The translations under genes and the position numbers were made by a program. The notes under the pieces are model-generated. The model saw only the letters and a list, made by a program, of their open reading frames with translations. It searched no databases and had not been told where the DNA came from. A DNA stretch of 43,148 nt from Octopus sinensis (taxonomy: Eukaryota), in the NCBI RefSeq assembly GCF_006345805.1, contig NW_021835080.1:1-43148 (forward strand), given 5' to 3'. Below are positions 36,956-43,148 of the stretch, in pieces; position 1 is the stretch's first letter, and the number at the start of each line of letters is the position of its first letter.

Positions 36956-37011
<56 letters not shown>

Positions 37012-37708
37012 AACCACACATACACACACCTACACTCACATATATATATATAGCCAAGATTGACTCTCCTGACTGCCGCTAAAGCCTTTCTCTCTTCCGT
37101 AGTATCAATTAATACAACCGCTTCCTGTTTATACACCCCTCTTCGCCTTTCGTTTTTCTGTATATTTCAACTATATATATTACTTAGAAACACAAACATA
37201 CACAAAGAAGCACTGTAAGTAGATATATTCTATTATTCGTCTGATATTGTAGTCTTCATGATGTGTCTGGAAGTCGGTGTCAGAGTCTTAATATAACACA
37301 ATTAGAATGAGATCGATGCAATATTTCACTGATATTACTTAATTCTAGATAGTTTTTTTGGATTATGTTTTGCGTGGAATGATCTTTAAATTCCTTCACG
37401 TTTCAACATAAAACTCAAATATTTGATGTGTTGTGAAACTGACAAATAAAACAACGAATACTTATATAGATATAAAATTTATAACATCCTTACGTGAAAC
37501 ACACGGGTATCAGCTGACGCGGCATTCCATCACTTCCCACCAGAACGTATCATCCATATTCCCAGCGGAGGATTGCGATTCAATTTATACCTAAATGCTA
37601 GATTTAATAGAAGTTTTGGTTTCCGTTAGTTTTCGATTATTAGCTGAGGACTGGCTTTCCAAACAATGCCTCATTAAATATCAATAGCTAATGCGAGAAT
37701 ATTTACGT

Positions 37709-38710
37709 TATCGCTTAATATATATAAAACTGAGAACGTGTGTCTGTCTGTTTGTGTGTTTCCCTAAATCTTTAGAACTACACAACCAATTTGATTCCAA
37801 TTTTAAACATGCCTTACTTAGGGTCCGAGGAGAGTCATCGGCAAAAACAAATCATTTTTTGCCTAGGGCACGCCCGCAGCAATATCATATCTTCTCCAAT
37901 ATGATTACCTAAAACTTGAGAACTACACAACCAATTTCATTCAAATTTTCACATGCCTTACTTAGGGTCCATGTAGTTTCATGGGCAAAAAAGTTCAACT
38001 TCTTGCCTAGAGCGAGCCCATAGCAATATCATATCTTCTCCACTGTTCCAGTATTACGTGTTGAAAGTGAAACAAAAACATTTTTCTCTTTTATCTCAGA
38101 TACTTTCATTTTAACAATAAAAAAATAATAACAATGAATTATATGTAGTAAGTAATATTAAAATCAACTAAAGTATAATATAATAGTAACATAACAAAAG
38201 CAAAAATAGCAATTGGTATAAAATTGTATCAATGACTTAAACTTGAATAAGTGGTTTCACATGAATGGGAATAAATTAAAAATAAAATTAGCGCGCAGAA
38301 ATTGAATAGGCTAGATGGATAATAAAAAATTAAATTAAAGTAAAGACTATTGTCTATAAAGTATGCAATGAAGAGAAAAAAGAAGATTTGAATATATTGA
38401 GGAAGCACCTTCGAAACGTGTCTTGGTGCGACTATGAAAGGTATCTAATCAGAGGTGGTAAATTCGCCACAATAGAAGCAAGTTTCGAGTCAACGGAGCG
38501 TCCAAGGGAGTACTCGACTCGAAATTGCAAAGTGGAAATATTTAAGTTATACCTTTATATCTGGGACGTAGGACGTCCCGGAAAAAAAATTTAAATGCCC
38601 CTCCCCGAAGTAGAGGTAGGCTGGATTGTAGCCACACTTCTATACAAGAGGGAGGATAAGATACAATTGATCGATATTACAAGAGACGGGCTAACAATTC
38701 CAGTCTCTTA
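37709..38710 (+). mobile_element. Non-autonomous Helitron-like (Lep1/HINE-style) element
   Basis: Starts tatatataaaactgagaacgtgtgtctgtctgtttgtgtgt...aactacacaaccaatt; internal tandem duplication 37765-37915 / 37915-38045; hairpin aagagac...gtctctt near 38680-38710. Confidence 0.45.
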
Positions 38711-38847
38711 TATATTTTGAGTATTGTTATCACTAGCGATATCAAGATATAACTTTGTATTTTGTATTTTATGCGTAGATGTATATATATGGATGTGCAT
38801 GTAATATGTATACATATATATATATATATACATATATACTTGCACTA

Positions 38848-38876
38848 GCACTATACCCGGCAATGACGGGTCTTTA
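38848..38876 (-). mobile_element. Helitron-like 3' terminus
   Basis: The minus strand reads gaCCCGtcattgcCGGGtatagtgCTAG: a subterminal hairpin followed by CTAG. Confidence 0.45.
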
Positions 38877-39869
38877 ATGCTATTACTTTATAAAACTCTG
38901 ATGATAAGTTCAGTTGCTGTGATTATTCTAATGGCTAACTGCGTAATATTCTTAAATACGATTTTATTTTCAGCTAATATTTACACTTACTGAAAACTCG
39001 AATCCTTTCCCAATGCGTTTATTATTATTGCATGGGATTCCCTCTTATACAACATTTCTCGAAATTATATTGTAACTAATTAAAATGTCATACCACAGAG
39101 TCGTTTGTACGCAATTTGTCTGATTGTTGCAGCACACGCGGACTCCATGGTCTCGTAACAAACCAAGAACGCAGATAATTCAATTAAATTCAAAATGTGA
39201 TTGCGCGATAATAGACTGTACTCTTTCGCACACGCAGATTGTCTCCTCGTATAACAACCCTCGAAAGCTTTTAATCGACTAAAAGAAAAATAGGAGATTG
39301 CCAGAAAATGTTAAAATGTGATATATCTAACATATTTCATATATAATTTTTAACGTATTTCATATATAAAATCACAACATATGTTATATACAATACCTTT
39401 TCAAAACAGCTGCCAATATTGTACATTCTGTGGATATTGTTTATGTAGTCTAACAGTGTCGATCAAAGAGTTTTCACTTTATAAATCGCTGATATTATTT
39501 CTGCTACGAAGGGCGGGGAATAGTTTGCATGCTAGTTTGCATTTTGTCCGTTTTCTTTCCGTCAGATTTCATATCTGCAAGGACAATCTTGGCTTGTTTT
39601 AATTTAGGGTTCGATAGAATCATAGTAATAAATTCCTAAACGTAGATGTTATCGGCTATCAACTTCCCTCAACATTATCAATTATTTCTTTAACAATGAA
39701 TGGTCCCTGTAAGATGCAGCACAGTGAAGATGCTCGATAAATCCAAAGATTGATCCTCCATGCCTAGAAAGCCATGTTTTTGGTTTTGTAAATAGTATTG
39801 TACAAGAGAATAATAAAAAAACCATAATAAAGTTATGTAGATTTCTCTTAATGAAGTTGAGATTACATA

Positions 39870-40225
39870 GAAAGTAGGGCAGATTCCATTTCGAATTTCT
39901 GCCATTTTGGGGTTTCTGGTATCTAAGCTACTTAGCAATCAGCCCCTTTTCCTATACTAGGAAACCTATGACAACAGGTATTGTTTTAGGGTGAGGTTAT
40001 ACGTTTTGCAAATTTCAGTTTCAAGGCATACATATTTGCTCAGTATTTGGTAGGTCATGTCAGATACGTTTATATCGATTAGGACAGTCATATCAATGAG
40101 AAGGCATGATTTTTGTCTAAAGACTTTCAATATGATGTCTGGCCTATTTGCATCTATCTTTCTGTCAGTTTGAATGGTGAAGTTCCATAAGAGTGAGATA
40201 TGATAATTTTCAAGCACTGTAAAAT
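39870..40225 (-). mobile_element. Dong/R4-clade REL fragment
   Basis: LLWNFTIQTDRKIDANRPDIILK...IDMTV; 5' junction at (ATC)n/(ATT)n. Confidence 0.85.
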
Positions 40226-40289
40226 CACCATCATCATCATCATCATCATCATCATCATTATTATTATTAATATTAATATTATAATTATA

Positions 40290-40385
<96 letters not shown>

Positions 40386-40507
40386 TATTATTATTATCAT
40401 CATCATTATTATTATTATTATCATCATCATTATTATTATTATTATATTATTATTATTATTATTATCATTATTATTATTATTATTATCATTAATATTATTA
40501 TCATTAC

Positions 40508-40547
<40 letters not shown>

Positions 40548-40708
40548 ATATTATTATTATTATTATTATTATTATATTATATTATTATTATTATTATTAT
40601 TATAATCATTATCATCTTATTATAATCATTATCATCATTATTATTATTATTATATTATTATTATTATTATTATCATTATTATTATTATTATTATCATTAA
40701 TATTATTA

Positions 40709-40744
<36 letters not shown>

Positions 40745-40795
40745 TATTATTATTATCATTATTATTATTATTATTATTATTATCATCATCATTAT
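40226..40795. repeat. Large interrupted (ATT/ATC)n array
   Basis: Direct reading, ~570 bp. Confidence 0.95.
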
Positions 40796-43148
40796 TCAGT
40801 AGTTTTATTTTTATAGCGTGCTTTCACTTCACTATCGAGCGCAGCTCTGTGTGTCTTGGGTATGTGCTGTGATTTGTTGTGATGCTCTGATGGTTATGGT
40901 ATGGAATGTGTTCTGCGTAGGATGTGTGCAGCATTTAGTAGTGCAATTTTCTGTATGATATATGTATTTGTAAGTCTTGGTGTTTTTGTTATGTAATTGT
41001 CTGAATATTTGTTATCATTTCTAATGCACCTACTATGATAGGAATTGTTTCTGGTTACTTCTATTTCCAGGTCTTTGTATTTTGAAAGGTTCTCCATTTA
41101 TTTTAGAGACACATTGTCATCTGGCGGTACTTATACATCATTTAGAAATCATGTTTTTCTTCATGATCTGGTCTGTTGGCCTTAATTCTCTATATGCGTG
41201 TATCGGAATATCCCACAGTATGGTTGCTTTCTCGTTTTCTGTGACCTTTTGTGGTGTGTGCCTATACAATCCTTTTTCTGTGGTTATTCCATAATGACGT
41301 CATAGCTTCCAGTGTATGTAGGCTCCAACTCTGTCATGTCTGTGAATATATTCCTGCTTAGCCAGGACTGGGCAGCCAAAGATAATATGATTTATTGTTT
41401 CTTGTCCATCTCCACATATTCTGCAGTTACTTATAATATTTGTTTTCATTACATGTTTTTGTTAATATCTGGTGAGGTGTCTTTGGTCTTGTGCTGCAAT
41501 TAAAAATCCCCTGTCTCTGCTTTGAGTCCTGAGGTTCTCAACCATTGTTGGGATTTTTCTTTGTCTATTTCTTTTGCGTTTTTTTTAGTCCAGTATTTAC
41601 CATGAAGGGGCTTTTCTTGACATCGATTTATCATGGTTCTTTGCTGTTCTAGTTTTAGTTAGGATTTCATTTGTTTTATAGCTTTTGTTGTTTCTTCATC
41701 TTCTTCTTCTTCTTCATCTTCATATTTATTAGGTGGTATGAATTCTTGTTGGTTAGTTGTCAGCATCCTTAAATACTGAGAAAAGTTTTTTGTTTTGCTC
41801 GTGTTTTGCCGCTATTTGTATCAGTTTTCCTTCCTTCTGAAGTAGATAATTTGCAGTCCTATGGTCGTTATTCTATAGTAGTTTTTCAGCTGTATAAGGC
41901 TTCTACCACCTCTATACGTTGTATATATAGCCATTCTATGTCAGATTTTGGGTGATGCATCCTAGATCCCGTCATTATTTTTCTTGTTTTCCTATCTATT
42001 TTGGTCAGTTCATTTAGTGTCCAGTTAAGGATATTGTAGCTGCAACTTATAACTGGGACAGCTAAAGTGTTAAAACCTATTATTATGTTTTTAGCATTGA
42101 GCTCTGTTTTTAGTATTGATCTAACTCGTCTATGATATTCTTTTTTATTTTCTCTTTCATTTGTGTGTGTTGTATCTTATCTCGTTTCTGGAATCCTAAG
42201 TATTTGTAAGTTTGGCTTTGGTCTAATACTTTTATTTCATTGGTTTTATCTAGTATGATGTAGCTACTCTTAACTAGTTTTCTTCTCTTCAGTGTTACTT
42301 TGGCGCATTCTTCTAATCCAAACTTCATATCTATTTTTTTGGTAAATCCATGAATTGTCTTTAATAGTGTTTCCAGCTGTTTGTCATTTGCAGCATATAG
42401 TTTAGGTCATCCATATATAAAATGTGGCTAGCCGCTTTGCCGTAACATTTATATCCGCATACAGTTTGAGGTGACAGTGCCAAGGAAAAAAGGAGTGGAG
42501 AGAGTGTGTCTCCCTGGAATATTCCTCTTCTAATGTGGATGTCTTTGGTTTTCATGAGTCCCTCTTTTGTTTGGAGATGTAGCACTGTTTGCCATTTATT
42601 CATAGAATGCCCTATGATTTTTTTATAATTGTTGGTGCTACTTTGTTCATGGCTAGTGTTTCGAGGATCCATGTGGGGGATGCTGTCAAATGCCTTTTTG
42701 TAGTCTTTCCAGGCCATAGTGAGATCTTTCTTCTCTCTGTGGCTGTCTTCAGTTATGGGTTTATTACTCATTAACTGATCTTTTCAGCCATATGAGCCTT
42801 TGCGGTATCCTTTCTGCTCTTATGAAAATAGGTTGCTTTCGTCCAGGTGCTTGTTCAACCTGTGCGATATCACTGCAGTAAATGCCTTGTGCATTGTAGG
42901 GAGACAGGTTATTTATCTGTAGTTTTCTGGTTTTGCTGTCTCATTTGATTTGGGAATTAAGATGGTTTTCCCCTTCGTGAACCATTCAGGCATTATCTCT
43001 GGCTCTGCTAGCATGTTGTTAAAATTTTCAGCCATCTTTTTGTGTATTTCTGTTACATATTTCAACCAGAATTTTGGGATCTTGTCATGCCGAGGTGTCT
43101 TCCAGTTGCTTAGTCTTTGCAGTGCCTGGGTGACTCTTTAGTTGTTAT
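40796..43148 (-). mobile_element. Dong/R4-clade LINE (fourth subfamily), decayed, running off the window end
   Basis: DYKKAFDSIPH, RRGIFQGDTLSPLLF, LYMDD, MKFGLEECAK, YKYLG, GGRSL, KYKDLEIE, QKIALL..AHILRR. Confidence 0.9.

Overview
AT-rich, microsatellite-dense eukaryotic genomic DNA. The repeat repertoire points to an Octopus (cephalopod) genome; this is inferred from SINE, Dong/R4, RTE and CR1 content, not checked against a database. Nearly all listed ORFs are microsatellite read-through or decayed transposon frames. Mobile DNA I can support: about 8 fragments of Dong/R4-clade (RT-CCHC-REL) LINEs, mostly set in (ATT)n arrays; a full-length but frameshifted RTE/BovB-like LINE nested in an older RTE with an 11-bp TSD; a CR1-clade LINE; a Penelope-like RT/GIY-YIG element with a long Asn-rich linker; tRNA-type SINEs, two of which share 3' tails with LINEs in this window; a deleted Tc1/mariner; and Helitron-like ends. 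The non-TE signal is a minus-strand exon at 15102-15174 with ATG, a signal peptide (MKYALLLLLLILLQ) and a GTAAGT donor. It suggests a secreted-protein host gene with ~10-kb introns, with weaker candidate exons at ~25631-25668 and ~4559-4625. The most unusual recurring feature is a set of Penelope-type minimal hammerhead-ribozyme motifs, two of them in young fold-back structures with the same architecture. No intact novel protein-coding system is demonstrable from sequence alone.
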